Shown here piece after piece: positions 20,679-29,011 of a stretch of DNA of 64,000 nt; the first letter of the stretch is position 1, and each line of letters starts with the position of its first letter. The translations under genes and the position numbers were made by a program. The notes beneath the pieces are model-generated. The model saw only the letters and a list, made by a program, of their open reading frames with translations, made no database searches and was not told the origin of the DNA. The DNA is from an uncultured candidatus Brocadiaceae bacterium (GTDB taxonomy: Bacteria; Planctomycetota; UBA1135; UBA2386): NCBI GenBank assembly GCA_964538915.1, contig CAZIFB010000005.1, forward strand, positions 43,747 to 107,746. Direction: 5' to 3'.

Positions 20679-21059
20679 CTAGTCCTCGTTCTTCGGTGGT
20701 CCTTCGGTGGGCGTCGCAGGCGTCGTCGAAGGTGCCGGAGCGGTCTCCGGCGGCGGCTCCGACTCGATCATGTCACGCGCCGCGCTCTGGAGAGTTCGCC
20801 GCGGATCGGCGATCGCGCGCGGCACGTCCGCGACGCGCCGCAGTTCGTCCGCGGTGCCCTGCAGCGACTTCTTCACTTCGCTCAGGTCCCCGTCGCGGTC
20901 CATCTGGTCCTTGAACTCCTGCCAGCCGCGACGGAGCTGCGCTGCGACACGACCTAGGCTGCGCCCCGCCTCGGGCAGGTTGCGCCCGTAGAGCAGGAGG
21001 CCGACGACGACCAGCAGCACCATCTCAGTGCCGCCGATGTTGGGGAGGAACGCGAACAC
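20679..21059 (-). CDS. tatA: Twin-arginine translocase TatA/TatB/TatE family protein
   Basis: 126 aa, GTG start. FLPNIGGTEMVLLVVVGLLLYGRNLPEAGRSLGRVAAQLRRGWQEFK is the TatA/B TM plus amphipathic-helix signature. Confidence 0.85.
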   Translation of the reverse strand: MFAFLPNIGGTEMVLLVVVGLLLYGRNLPEAGRSLGRVAAQLRRGWQEFKDQMDRDGDLSEVKKSLQGTADELRRVADVPRAIADPRRTLQSAARDMIESEPPPETAPAPSTTPATPTEGPPKNED

Positions 21060-21215
21060 GCGAGCAGGATAGGGGATCGCTCCACGGAAGGGACTGCCGC
21101 GGGCAGGAACGCGGTTTCCGCGGGTGTCCCGGCGGTGCGCGGCGGGTTGACAGCTGGAGGATCGGGCGGCAAAAGACGCGACTGCGGGAGGAGATGTGCA
21201 ATGACCCCTTCGTCG

Positions 21216-21245
21216 CCCCAGTCCCCAGTCCCCAGTCGACTGGGG
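21216..21245. repeat. Three tandem CCCCAGT heptads ending in a perfect 16-bp palindrome CCCCAGTCGACTGGGG
   Basis: Heptads at 21216-21222, 21223-21229 and 21230-21236. Palindrome at 21230-21245. A TTGACA hexamer at 21250-21255 follows 5 nt later, and another TTGACA lies at 21147-21152. Confidence 0.9.
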
Positions 21246-21249
21246 TTCC

Positions 21250-21696
21250 TTGACAAGTTTGCTTCACCGAAGCGTCCGCGGTGTTGAGCGGGAGGATCTC
21301 GTGCAGGAGACGATCGTGAGAGTGCTACGGCGGCTGGGTCCGCGGGCAGTGGCCGAAGACGCACTGCGCCTGAGCTGGTGCATTGCCCAGTCGGTGCGCG
21401 TCGATTTCTTTCGCAAGAGGCGGCGAGAGCACGCACCGTTGGCGGCGGATCCGGAGTCGAGGGGCGACGAACTTGGACACAGCACCGAGACTGAGTCGAT
21501 CGAGATTCCGCCCGGATTGCGGCGGCACCTGGGTGCGCGGGCACTGCAACTGTTGGAGGCGATCTGCGCAGGCTGTCGCACGAACAAGGCGTTGGCCCGA
21601 CGTTTCGATTCGGACCCGAGTTCGGTCCGTCAGCGGAGACGGCGAATCGCGCGGGTCCTTTCGTGCTACCTCCGCACCCGCAATCACCCGCCGTGA
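21250..21696 (+). CDS. Short ECF-type sigma-70 family protein (N-terminally minimal)
   Basis: EDLVQETIVRVL...WCIAQSVRVDFFRKRRRE matches sigma region 2. LLEAICAGCRTNKALARRFDSDPSSVRQRRRRIARVL matches the region 4 HTH. Only about 15 codons precede EDLVQET before an in-frame stop at 21202. Start is TTG 21250; GTG 21301 has a GGGAGG SD but would cut region 2. Confidence 0.6.
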   Translation: MTSLLHRSVRGVEREDLVQETIVRVLRRLGPRAVAEDALRLSWCIAQSVRVDFFRKRRREHAPLAADPESRGDELGHSTETESIEIPPGLRRHLGARALQLLEAICAGCRTNKALARRFDSDPSSVRQRRRRIARVLSCYLRTRNHPP

Positions 21697-21762
21697 ACGA
21701 TCTCTTTCAGAGGCAAGAAGCCACTTGTGGCGGCTCAATCGAACGACGAGGACACTGCATCG

Positions 21763-22524
21763 ATGGGAGTGAAGACCCAGAAAACCCTGCTGACTGGTGC
21801 CTTGGTCGCTATCGCCGTTTTGACTGTTGCCACTCATGTCGCGCGACGTGGTCAACCAGCCCCGGCACGACAGCCGGTTCGTCAACACGACGACCCCGGT
21901 TACCCAGCAGACTCACAACGGCCTGTTCAGGAGCACTCACAAGTTGTTGCCGATCGAGAGTTGCCGCCTCCGGAGGCGAACAAGGAGAAATCGGACGACC
22001 GAGTAGCGACCCAAGAGTCTCCCCGAGCACGGGAACGCCTGAGTCGGCAAGACGTCGGCTCCGCACTGAGGCGCGCGAACATCATCTCCGCGAAATTGGG
22101 CATGTCGTACCACGCCTCGGCTCCGCCGGAACTCGACACCGCGTCTGCCAACGCGATCCTCGCGGCATATGGGAAGTACCTCGACGACTGTGAGAGCGTG
22201 GAGGTGATTCGGCAGCCCATCATTCACCGCCTGGCCACCGCCAAGGAGGAGCGCGGGGACTTCGAGACTGTCCCGTCACCCCGTGCCGCTGATCCATCTT
22301 TGAGTGCAAAGGAGCGTGGATCGGCCAGTCGTCAGCTCGCAGCCAAGAGCAAGTCGAATCGTCCCGATCAGACCGTCGTCCAGGTCGGGATAGGTGGGAC
22401 TATTCGCATCATCAGGGTGGATGCGGATGAGGATCCCTACCTCACCCAAGCGTACTCGTCGCTCCACGACATAGAGCGGTTGTTTCTCGAGTCGATCATG
22501 CTCGTTGTCCCCAACTCGAAATAG
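21763..22524 (+). CDS. Single-pass membrane protein of unknown function (anti-sigma position, no recognisable anti-sigma domain)
   Basis: ATG at 21763 (GTG 21727 is an alternative). TM is LLTGALVAIAVLTVATHV, then about 220 aa with no motif I recognise. A/T-ending codons are frequent, unlike flanking genes. Confidence 0.55.
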   Translation: MGVKTQKTLLTGALVAIAVLTVATHVARRGQPAPARQPVRQHDDPGYPADSQRPVQEHSQVVADRELPPPEANKEKSDDRVATQESPRARERLSRQDVGSALRRANIISAKLGMSYHASAPPELDTASANAILAAYGKYLDDCESVEVIRQPIIHRLATAKEERGDFETVPSPRAADPSLSAKERGSASRQLAAKSKSNRPDQTVVQVGIGGTIRIIRVDADEDPYLTQAYSSLHDIERLFLESIMLVVPNSK

Positions 22525-22536
22525 GAGAGAGTAGCC

Positions 22537-22710
22537 ATGAATTCGATGCTTATCGTCGTCCCGGTCCTGCTCACGTTCCTTGGTCCGGCAAGGACGGTTT
22601 TCGATTGTGAGGGGTGCAGCAATGACAACTCGAATTGGGAAGGGACTGGTGGGAACGACCATATCTGGGTCTATGAACCAGCACCGAATGACGCTCCTTG
22701 GGTACTGTGA
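22537..22710 (+). CDS. Small ORF (57 codons) encoding a hydrophobic-leader peptide with a CEGC motif; not in the ORF track
   Basis: AGGAG at 22523-22527, 9 nt before the ATG at 22537. My translation is MNSMLIVVPVLLTFLGPARTVFDCEGCSNDNSNWEGTGGNDHIWVYEPAPNDAPWVL with stop TGA at 22708-22710. Confidence 0.45.
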   Translation: MNSMLIVVPVLLTFLGPARTVFDCEGCSNDNSNWEGTGGNDHIWVYEPAPNDAPWVL

Positions 22711-22981
22711 ACCAGGGTCCTGCCAATGGAAGCCGTGCGAGTTCCACGGCACGATTACCTTCAGGAACGCGTCGGCAACGGCGGTGGACATCCATTACCC
22801 AGGGATGCCATTGGTGGTCGTCACCGTTCCCGCCGGGGGAACCCACACTACGCCAACTCTCGACCTGAGGGGCGACTGCGGCCAGCTGGACGAGGTAGAT
22901 CCTTGGTTCGGGGCTCATCCCGTGGGCGGCGGGGCGCGAATCTCTGGCTACATCTTCAGTTGTGGCCTTTGCTCGGAGTAG
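22673..22981 (+). CDS. Small Cys-rich hypothetical protein (start uncertain; overlaps the preceding small ORF in another frame)
   Basis: Part of the 22580..22981 ORF. Possible starts are 22622, 22673 and 22688. Sequence is LLGYCEPGSCQWKPCEFHGTITF...DLRGDCGQLDEV...IFSCGLCSE (7 Cys). Followed by a hairpin at 22982-23025. Confidence 0.4.
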   Translation: MNQHRMTLLGYCEPGSCQWKPCEFHGTITFRNASATAVDIHYPGMPLVVVTVPAGGTHTTPTLDLRGDCGQLDEVDPWFGAHPVGGGARISGYIFSCGLCSE

Positions 22982-23025
22982 GTCCCCCGGCGCAGCGTGC
23001 CCGAGCACGCGCTGGCGTAGGGGAC
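22982..23025 (+). terminator. GC-rich inverted repeat immediately after the Cys-rich ORF stop
   Basis: GTCCCC (22982-22987) pairs with GGGGAC (23020-23025), with inner imperfect pairing GCAGCGTGC / GCACGCGCTG. No T tract. Confidence 0.3.
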
Positions 23026-23113
23026 CCGACGGCCTCTGTTCGTTCACCATGGGATGAGGTTCACGCCACTCTGTGGACCGGAGCGGGCCGACTCACTACC
23101 GTCCCCGCCCCCC

Positions 23114-24706
23114 ATGAGCGACAAGCCCATCTTCGCCCTCGAACGGCTCACCAAGAGCTACCAAGGCAAGAAGCCGGTCCTGAAGGACGTCAGCCTCGTG
23201 TTCCTCGAAGGCGCCAAGATCGGCGTCATCGGCCAGAACGGCGCCGGCAAGTCGACGATGCTCCGCATCATGGCCGGCGTCGACAAGGAGTACGACGGCA
23301 CGGCGCGCCTCGCCGAGGGCAAGACGGTCGGCTACGTGCCGCAGGAGCCGAAGCTGCTCGAAGACCTCACGGTGCGCGGCAACGTCGAGCAGGCGGTCGC
23401 GCCCGTCCGCATGCTGCTGCGCAAGCACGAGGAGCTGTCCATGAAGCTCGGCGAGGACCTGCCGCCGAAGGAGATGGACAAGGTGATGGCCGAGCTCGAA
23501 CGGCTGCAGCACGAGATCGAGGCGAAGGACGCGTGGGAACTCGACCGCCACGTCGAGACCGCGATGACGAAGCTGCACCTGCCGCCCGGCGAGAAGATGG
23601 TGAACGCGTGCTCCGGCGGTGAACGGCGCCGCGTCGCGCTGTGCCGCACTCTGCTCGAGCATCCCGACCTGCTGCTGCTCGACGAACCGACGAACCACCT
23701 CGACGTCGAGACCGTCCGCTGGCTCGAAGAGACGCTGCGCGAATACAAGGGCACGGTCGTCTGCATCACGCACGACCGCTTCTTCCTCGACAACGTCGTC
23801 GGCTGGATGCTCGAGGTCTGGCACGGCAAGGCGATCCCGTACCAGGGCAACTACTCCGAGTACCTGATCCAGCGCAGCAAGCGCATGCAGGTGCAGGAAG
23901 TGCAGGAGCAGCGCCGCTCGAAGTTCCTCGACCGCGAACTCGAGTGGATCCGCATGAACCCGAAGGCGCGCACGACCAAGAACAAGGCACGCCTCAAGAA
24001 CTACGACAAGATGCTCGAGCAGGAGGTCGAGGAGAAGGACGACACCGTCGAGCTGCACATCCCGCCGGGCAAGCGCCTCGGCGACACCGTCATCCGCTTC
24101 GAGAAGGTCAACTTCGCGTACGACAAGGAACACAACGTCGTCGAGAACCTGTCGTTCGAGCTGGCGCCCGGCGACATCCTCGGCATCGTCGGTCCGAACG
24201 GCACCGGCAAGACGACCTGCCTCAAGCTCATCACCGGCAGGCTGAAGCCCGACAGCGGCAAGGTGACCGTCGGCCAGACGGTCGAGCTGTGCCACGTCGA
24301 CCAGGAGCGCGAGACGCTCGATCCGGCGAAGACCGTGTGGCAGGAGATCAGCGACGCGCAGGACATCATCAGGCTCGGCAAGTTCGAGGTGAACAGCCGC
24401 AGCTACGTCGCGAAGTTCAACTTCACCGGTCCCGACCAGCAGCAGCTCGTCGGCTCACTGTCGGGCGGTCAGCGCAATCGCGTGCAGCTCGCCAAGATGC
24501 TGCGCCGCGGCGGCAACGTGATCCTGCTCGACGAGCCGACGAACGACCTCGATCTCGACACGCTGCGCGTTCTCGAAGAGGCGATCGCCGAGTTCCCCGG
24601 CTGCGTCGTGGTCGTGTCCCACGACCGCTACTTCCTCGATCGCATCTGCACGAAGATCCTCGACCTCGGCAACTACGAGCCGGGCAAGTACCTCGACAGT
24701 CTGTGA
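23114..24706 (+). CDS. ettA: ABC-F ATPase, EttA-like translational throttle
   Basis: ATG at 23114. Closely parallels E. coli EttA: GAKIGVIGQNGAGKSTMLRIMAGVDKE, CSGGERRRVALCRTLL, ITHDRFFLDNVVGWMLE. Second cassette has GIVGPNGTGKTT and LSGGQRNRVQLAKML. Confidence 0.9.
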   Translation: MSDKPIFALERLTKSYQGKKPVLKDVSLVFLEGAKIGVIGQNGAGKSTMLRIMAGVDKEYDGTARLAEGKTVGYVPQEPKLLEDLTVRGNVEQAVAPVRMLLRKHEELSMKLGEDLPPKEMDKVMAELERLQHEIEAKDAWELDRHVETAMTKLHLPPGEKMVNACSGGERRRVALCRTLLEHPDLLLLDEPTNHLDVETVRWLEETLREYKGTVVCITHDRFFLDNVVGWMLEVWHGKAIPYQGNYSEYLIQRSKRMQVQEVQEQRRSKFLDRELEWIRMNPKARTTKNKARLKNYDKMLEQEVEEKDDTVELHIPPGKRLGDTVIRFEKVNFAYDKEHNVVENLSFELAPGDILGIVGPNGTGKTTCLKLITGRLKPDSGKVTVGQTVELCHVDQERETLDPAKTVWQEISDAQDIIRLGKFEVNSRSYVAKFNFTGPDQQQLVGSLSGGQRNRVQLAKMLRRGGNVILLDEPTNDLDLDTLRVLEEAIAEFPGCVVVVSHDRYFLDRICTKILDLGNYEPGKYLDSL

Positions 24707-24733
24707 TCTCCCTCGACGGCGCGGTGCCTTCCG

Positions 24734-25291
24734 TCAGTGGCGCTTCAGGCCGATCGCGAGGCCGGTCACGGCGAGGCCGGCGGTCGGCAGACTGCCGGTG
24801 ACGAAGCGCTGGAAGCTGCTCCACTCGTCGGCGACGTTCTGCGTGAAGCGGTTCCACACGCCGTCGATCGCCGTCCAGTCCACGACGACGAGTCCGTAGT
24901 GCGCGAGCACGAGGGTCATCGCGAGCCAGAAGCCGAACGCGATCGCCGCGACCTTCAGCATCGCACGCACGAACGAGCCGAGGCAGAAACCGGCGACGAA
25001 GCCGAAGCCGAGCCGGAACACGCCCTTCGCCGCAGGCTCCTCGCCGACCGTCGTGCTGCCATGCGGCGATGGGTTGCCGGCGGTGAGGCTCGACGCGATG
25101 CCGGGCGACGTGCCGCCCGTCGAACCGCCGACCGGGGGTGCTGGCGCAGCGAGGGTCAGCGCCGCGCCGACGACCACAGCGGCGACCGCGACACCGACCG
25201 CGATCTTCTTCCAGCGCGGCATGTCACGGAGCCAACCGACGAACGTGCGGTCGTTCGGGACCTTCGCAGGCGGTGGTGCGGGTTCGTCCAT
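24734..25291 (-). CDS. Membrane protein, FUN14-like C-terminal region
   Basis: 185 aa. TM helices after a Pro/Gly-rich segment. GFGFVAGFCLGSFVRAMLKVAAIAFGFWLAMTLVLAHYGLVVVDW resembles FUN14 family topology. Confidence 0.45.
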   Translation of the reverse strand: MDEPAPPPAKVPNDRTFVGWLRDMPRWKKIAVGVAVAAVVVGAALTLAAPAPPVGGSTGGTSPGIASSLTAGNPSPHGSTTVGEEPAAKGVFRLGFGFVAGFCLGSFVRAMLKVAAIAFGFWLAMTLVLAHYGLVVVDWTAIDGVWNRFTQNVADEWSSFQRFVTGSLPTAGLAVTGLAIGLKRH

Positions 25292-25395
25292 ACCGGACAG
25301 CCTACGGCGGCCACTCGCTCCGCGCCCCGGGCCCTTTTCGCTTGAGGCAGCTTCGCGCTTCCGGATGATCCCCGGCCCTCACACCTCGGAAACCT

Positions 25396-26430
25396 ATGCG
25401 ACACCTCTTCACAGCTGCCGCCATCGCGATGTTCGCGGGCGGTGTTCTCGCCCAGGATCGGGTCACGCTCGCCAACGGCGACGTGCTCACGGGCACCATC
25501 AAGTCGATGGCCGACGGCAAGCTCGTCATCACGTCGGCTCTTCTCGGTGACATCACGGTCCCCATGGCGAACGTCAGCGACGTCGTCACGAAGGAAGCCG
25601 TCACGCTCGAGACCGCCACCGGCGACCGCCTCTTGAACCGCAAGATCCTCGGCCTCGAGGGCGGCAATCTGAAGCTCGAAGGTGCGACGACCTCGCTCGC
25701 GATGAAGGACCTCGGCAAGATCAATCCGCCGGAGAAGGTCGAGCCGAAGTGGACCGGCTCGGTGAAGCTGAGTGCGCTCTGGGCGGACGGCAACACCGAT
25801 CGGCGCGCAGTCGGCGCCGCGTTCGACGCGTCGCTGCGCCGCGAGGACGACCGGATCTCGCTCGACGCTGCGTGGGACTACAGCGAAGACAAGGACACGG
25901 ACTCGACGTCAGCGACGTTCCGCGACTGGAAGCTGAATCAGCGCCGCGCCGGCGGTGGCATCAAGTACGACTACTTCATCAGCAAGAAGTGGTACGTGCT
26001 GGTGACCTCGCGCGTGCTCGGTGACACGCTCGCCGACATTCAGCTGCGCTACACCGGCGGCCTCGGCATCGGCTACACGTGGGTGGAGAACGACTCGACG
26101 ACGTTCCTGACCGAAGTGGGTCTTTCGTACTTCAACGAGAACTACCGCACGCCTGGCGTGGAGTCGCAGGACTACCTGGCCGCACGCGCCGCCTACAAGC
26201 TGACCCACGCGTTCAGCGACGAAACCAAGCTGGTGCACGGTGTGGAAGCGTTCCCCTCCCTCGAAGACGGAGCCGACGTGTACCTGCAGGCGAAGACGGA
26301 GGTCGTCACATCGCTGACCGATTCCATGATCGCGTCGATCGCACACGTGCTGGACTACGACAACACGCCGGCGCCGGGCCGCGACCGCGTCGACAACCGC
26401 GTGCTGCTGTCCGTCGGCTGGTCGTTCTGA
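25396..26430 (+). CDS. DUF481 family outer-membrane beta-barrel protein
   Basis: Signal peptide MRHLFTAAAIAMFAGGVLAQD. N-terminal LANGDVLTGTI..DGKLVI repeats. Alternating-residue barrel region ending in SVGWSF (terminal aromatic). Confidence 0.7.
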   Translation: MRHLFTAAAIAMFAGGVLAQDRVTLANGDVLTGTIKSMADGKLVITSALLGDITVPMANVSDVVTKEAVTLETATGDRLLNRKILGLEGGNLKLEGATTSLAMKDLGKINPPEKVEPKWTGSVKLSALWADGNTDRRAVGAAFDASLRREDDRISLDAAWDYSEDKDTDSTSATFRDWKLNQRRAGGGIKYDYFISKKWYVLVTSRVLGDTLADIQLRYTGGLGIGYTWVENDSTTFLTEVGLSYFNENYRTPGVESQDYLAARAAYKLTHAFSDETKLVHGVEAFPSLEDGADVYLQAKTEVVTSLTDSMIASIAHVLDYDNTPAPGRDRVDNRVLLSVGWSF

Positions 26431-26491
26431 ACGGAACGCGCCGGCGCCAGTCTCACCCGGTGCCGTGCATGCTCGCGCGGCTTCGCGCCCG

Positions 26492-29011
26492 TCAGTAGTT
26501 GGTCGCGAATTCGCTCGCCTGGAGCATCGAGCCGCCGAAGCGGTCCGCGTGGCCGCGGTTCATCCCGCCGAAGCGAGGCAGGAACTCGAGGCGGAACGTC
26601 GTCTCGTCCGCGTACGGGTTGTAGCTGGCGTTCGCGGAGATCGACCAGTCGTGGTCGTTGCGCACGAGGCCGAACGAGTAGGACAGCCACCTGTCCTCGG
26701 TCAGGTCGCGCTGGCTGCCCCCGAACACGCTCCAACGGTCGAACAGGCGCGTGCTGCCGTTCACGCCGACGGCGCCCCTCACGACGAGGTCCTCGCGGTA
26801 GTCGACCGTCCACGTGATGCCGGCGATGCGACCGACGCGCAATTCGGTGTCGAGCGTGCGCATGCCTTCCTTCCAGTCGTGGTCGCCGTAGACCGCGAAC
26901 GCGAAGTCCTCGAACGGCAGCCACGAGATGTGGGGGCGCAGCAGCAGGTCGTAGTAGAAGAGGCCGATCGACTCGCCGCCGTTGTCGCGCGCGGCGTCAG
27001 GCCAGAAGTCCTGCGCCAGGTCGAGCAGCACGACGTCGCGCGGGTGCGCCGGTCCGGCCTTCGGGTCCTTGGTCCCCATCTGCTGCAGCAGGTTGCGCAC
27101 CTCGACGCGCACGAGTTCCTGCTCCTGCAGCGTGTCCGTCGCGTCGAACTCGAAGAATTCGCTCGGCGGATCGTCGACGCGGAACCGGTTGCGCCAGGTG
27201 ACCTTCGGCGCGATGACGTGGCGCAGCGCTTCGGGGCCGTCGTCGCCGGTCCACGAGAACGTCTTCGACAACCTCGTGCCGAGTGCGACGCCGCCCTCGA
27301 ACGCGATGCGACCTTCGGCGCGGCCGTCGACCGCTTCGTCGAACCAGGTTCCGCGGGCGGACGTGTAGGGCCGCAGGTTCCACGGGCCGATCGCGAACGG
27401 CGCGGACACTTCCACCAGCTGATCGGCGCGGAACGTCCGGTCGGACACCCGCACGCCGGCGCGGTCGTCGTACGCCGAGCGCCGCTGCCCGAGTTCGGTC
27501 GCGGCATCGACGACGATCGGCGTCTGCCACGGCGTCTCGCCGATCGGTTGCGCGATCCAGTCGTACGTGACGACGGGCAGTTCCTCGACGAAGCGGTCCG
27601 CGAGCGCGCGGTCGTCGCGATAGCTGAAGTCGTCGAGGTTCCAGCGTGTGCCGATCGTGAAGAGCCGATTGCCGTCCGAGTGGTGGAGGTAGCTGCTCGT
27701 CTCCGGCGTCTCCTGGATCCGGTACTCGCCCGGGAAGAACTCGGGCAGCACCGCCGGATCGGTCGCGCGGAACGCGACGAGGTCGAGGTGCGTGCTCGGC
27801 CCGATGTGGAGGCGGTTCTCGGTCGAGATCAGTCCGCGCATCTCGTTGTCGCGCGGCGAGCCGTCGAAGTTGCCCTGGATCTCGCGCAGGTCGGGCCCGC
27901 GGTCGTCGAGCCAGAAGCCGTTCAGCCTGCCGTCGTACAGGCCCTCTGCGCGGTACCGCAGTTCGCCGTCGAGCGGAACGCCGCGCTTCTCCACCCAGCC
28001 GACGCCCAGCTCCCAGTCGCCGCGGAACTCGTGCGCGGGCCGCCCGGTGATGGCCCGGTGCAGCGTGCCGCCGGTCTTGTTCCACGGCAGCCCGAACACG
28101 ATCTCGGCCTTCGTACCCTCTTTCTGCGAGTAGCTGCCGCTCGCGCGTTTGATCGGGAACTCGCTCTGGCTCTTCGTGAAGATGCGCGCGTCGGGGAGCG
28201 GCAGAACGCTGGTGCCGCCGATCTGCAGCGTCTGTCCGCGCGCCACCACTTCGAACTCGCCGTCGCGCTCGATGATCTCGGCTTCGCCGACCGCGGCGGC
28301 CGCGTGCGGTTCGCCGGCCGTGCACGTCGTGATCGTGAGGTCGCGGCCGGTCCACCGCGCGCCCTGTTTCACGAGGCGATCGCCGCGGACGACGAGCAGG
28401 TTGCGCGAGTCCTTGCCGGGCGTGAAGTACCGGATCTCGGCTTCTTCGACCACGATGCGGTCGTCGAGCGGCGAGATCCACATCCGCGCACAGTTCAGCA
28501 CTTCGATGCCGTCGCGCACGACGACGACACCGCCCTCGAAGTAGAGGTAGCGGAACAGGTCGATCGCCTGGTCGGCGGAGCGGGTCCTGGGCAGACCTTC
28601 GGCTCGGCCGACTGCGCGCAGCGTGCGATCGAGACGTTCGCGCAACTGCTCTGTCGACAGGCGGCGGCGCGGCTCGGGCGGCTCGATGCCGCGCCGCGGC
28701 GGCCCCGACGAGTCGGGGCGCTGGATCGCCGAACGGGTCTCCTCCAGATCGGACAGGAGCACCGCGTTGCGGCCCCGCACCTCGATGCCGAGGCTCGGCG
28801 CGCGGAAGCGAAACCCGCCGATCAGGAACAGTTCGCGGTAGTCGTCGCGGTCGCCGGACCGCATCCACGCCGCGTCGTAGACGTAGCTGCCGTCCGCCGG
28901 GCCGTTGGCTTCCGGAGCGACGGGCTGCGCCGGCGGCGGATCCTGCTGCGCGAGCGCGTTCGTGGCGACCGCACACGCCGCGAGCGCGAGACTGGCGAGG
29001 CCGTCCCTCAC
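26492..29011 (-). CDS. lptD: Large outer-membrane beta-barrel protein, probable LPS-assembly protein LptD
   Basis: 839 aa. Signal peptide ...AVATNALAQQ. C-terminus ...ASEFATNY (aromatic end). GTGA start overlap with the upstream 982 aa gene in a kdsD-kdsC operon. Assignment is mainly by context and architecture. Confidence 0.55.
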   Translation of the reverse strand: MRDGLASLALAACAVATNALAQQDPPPAQPVAPEANGPADGSYVYDAAWMRSGDRDDYRELFLIGGFRFRAPSLGIEVRGRNAVLLSDLEETRSAIQRPDSSGPPRRGIEPPEPRRRLSTEQLRERLDRTLRAVGRAEGLPRTRSADQAIDLFRYLYFEGGVVVVRDGIEVLNCARMWISPLDDRIVVEEAEIRYFTPGKDSRNLLVVRGDRLVKQGARWTGRDLTITTCTAGEPHAAAAVGEAEIIERDGEFEVVARGQTLQIGGTSVLPLPDARIFTKSQSEFPIKRASGSYSQKEGTKAEIVFGLPWNKTGGTLHRAITGRPAHEFRGDWELGVGWVEKRGVPLDGELRYRAEGLYDGRLNGFWLDDRGPDLREIQGNFDGSPRDNEMRGLISTENRLHIGPSTHLDLVAFRATDPAVLPEFFPGEYRIQETPETSSYLHHSDGNRLFTIGTRWNLDDFSYRDDRALADRFVEELPVVTYDWIAQPIGETPWQTPIVVDAATELGQRRSAYDDRAGVRVSDRTFRADQLVEVSAPFAIGPWNLRPYTSARGTWFDEAVDGRAEGRIAFEGGVALGTRLSKTFSWTGDDGPEALRHVIAPKVTWRNRFRVDDPPSEFFEFDATDTLQEQELVRVEVRNLLQQMGTKDPKAGPAHPRDVVLLDLAQDFWPDAARDNGGESIGLFYYDLLLRPHISWLPFEDFAFAVYGDHDWKEGMRTLDTELRVGRIAGITWTVDYREDLVVRGAVGVNGSTRLFDRWSVFGGSQRDLTEDRWLSYSFGLVRNDHDWSISANASYNPYADETTFRLEFLPRFGGMNRGHADRFGGSMLQASEFATNY

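Noticed and set aside
21216-21236. CCCCAGT tandem repeats considered as a CRISPR or minisatellite array.
   Set aside because: There are only three 7-bp units with no spacers, so it is not CRISPR-like. It is kept only as a possible operator.
21220-23025. GTCCCC / GGGGAC motifs at both edges of the low-GC cassette, considered as terminal inverted repeats of a mobile element.
   Set aside because: Only 6 bp are shared, which is expected by chance in GC-rich DNA. No transposase or integrase and no target-site duplication were seen.
22276-23050. Minus-strand ORFs 22276..22791 (171 aa) and 22571..23050 (159 aa) inside the low-GC cassette.
   Set aside because: They span the boundaries of plus-strand ORFs that have an SD-ATG and coherent same-strand organisation. 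No RBS or motif supports them. They cannot be fully excluded without expression data.
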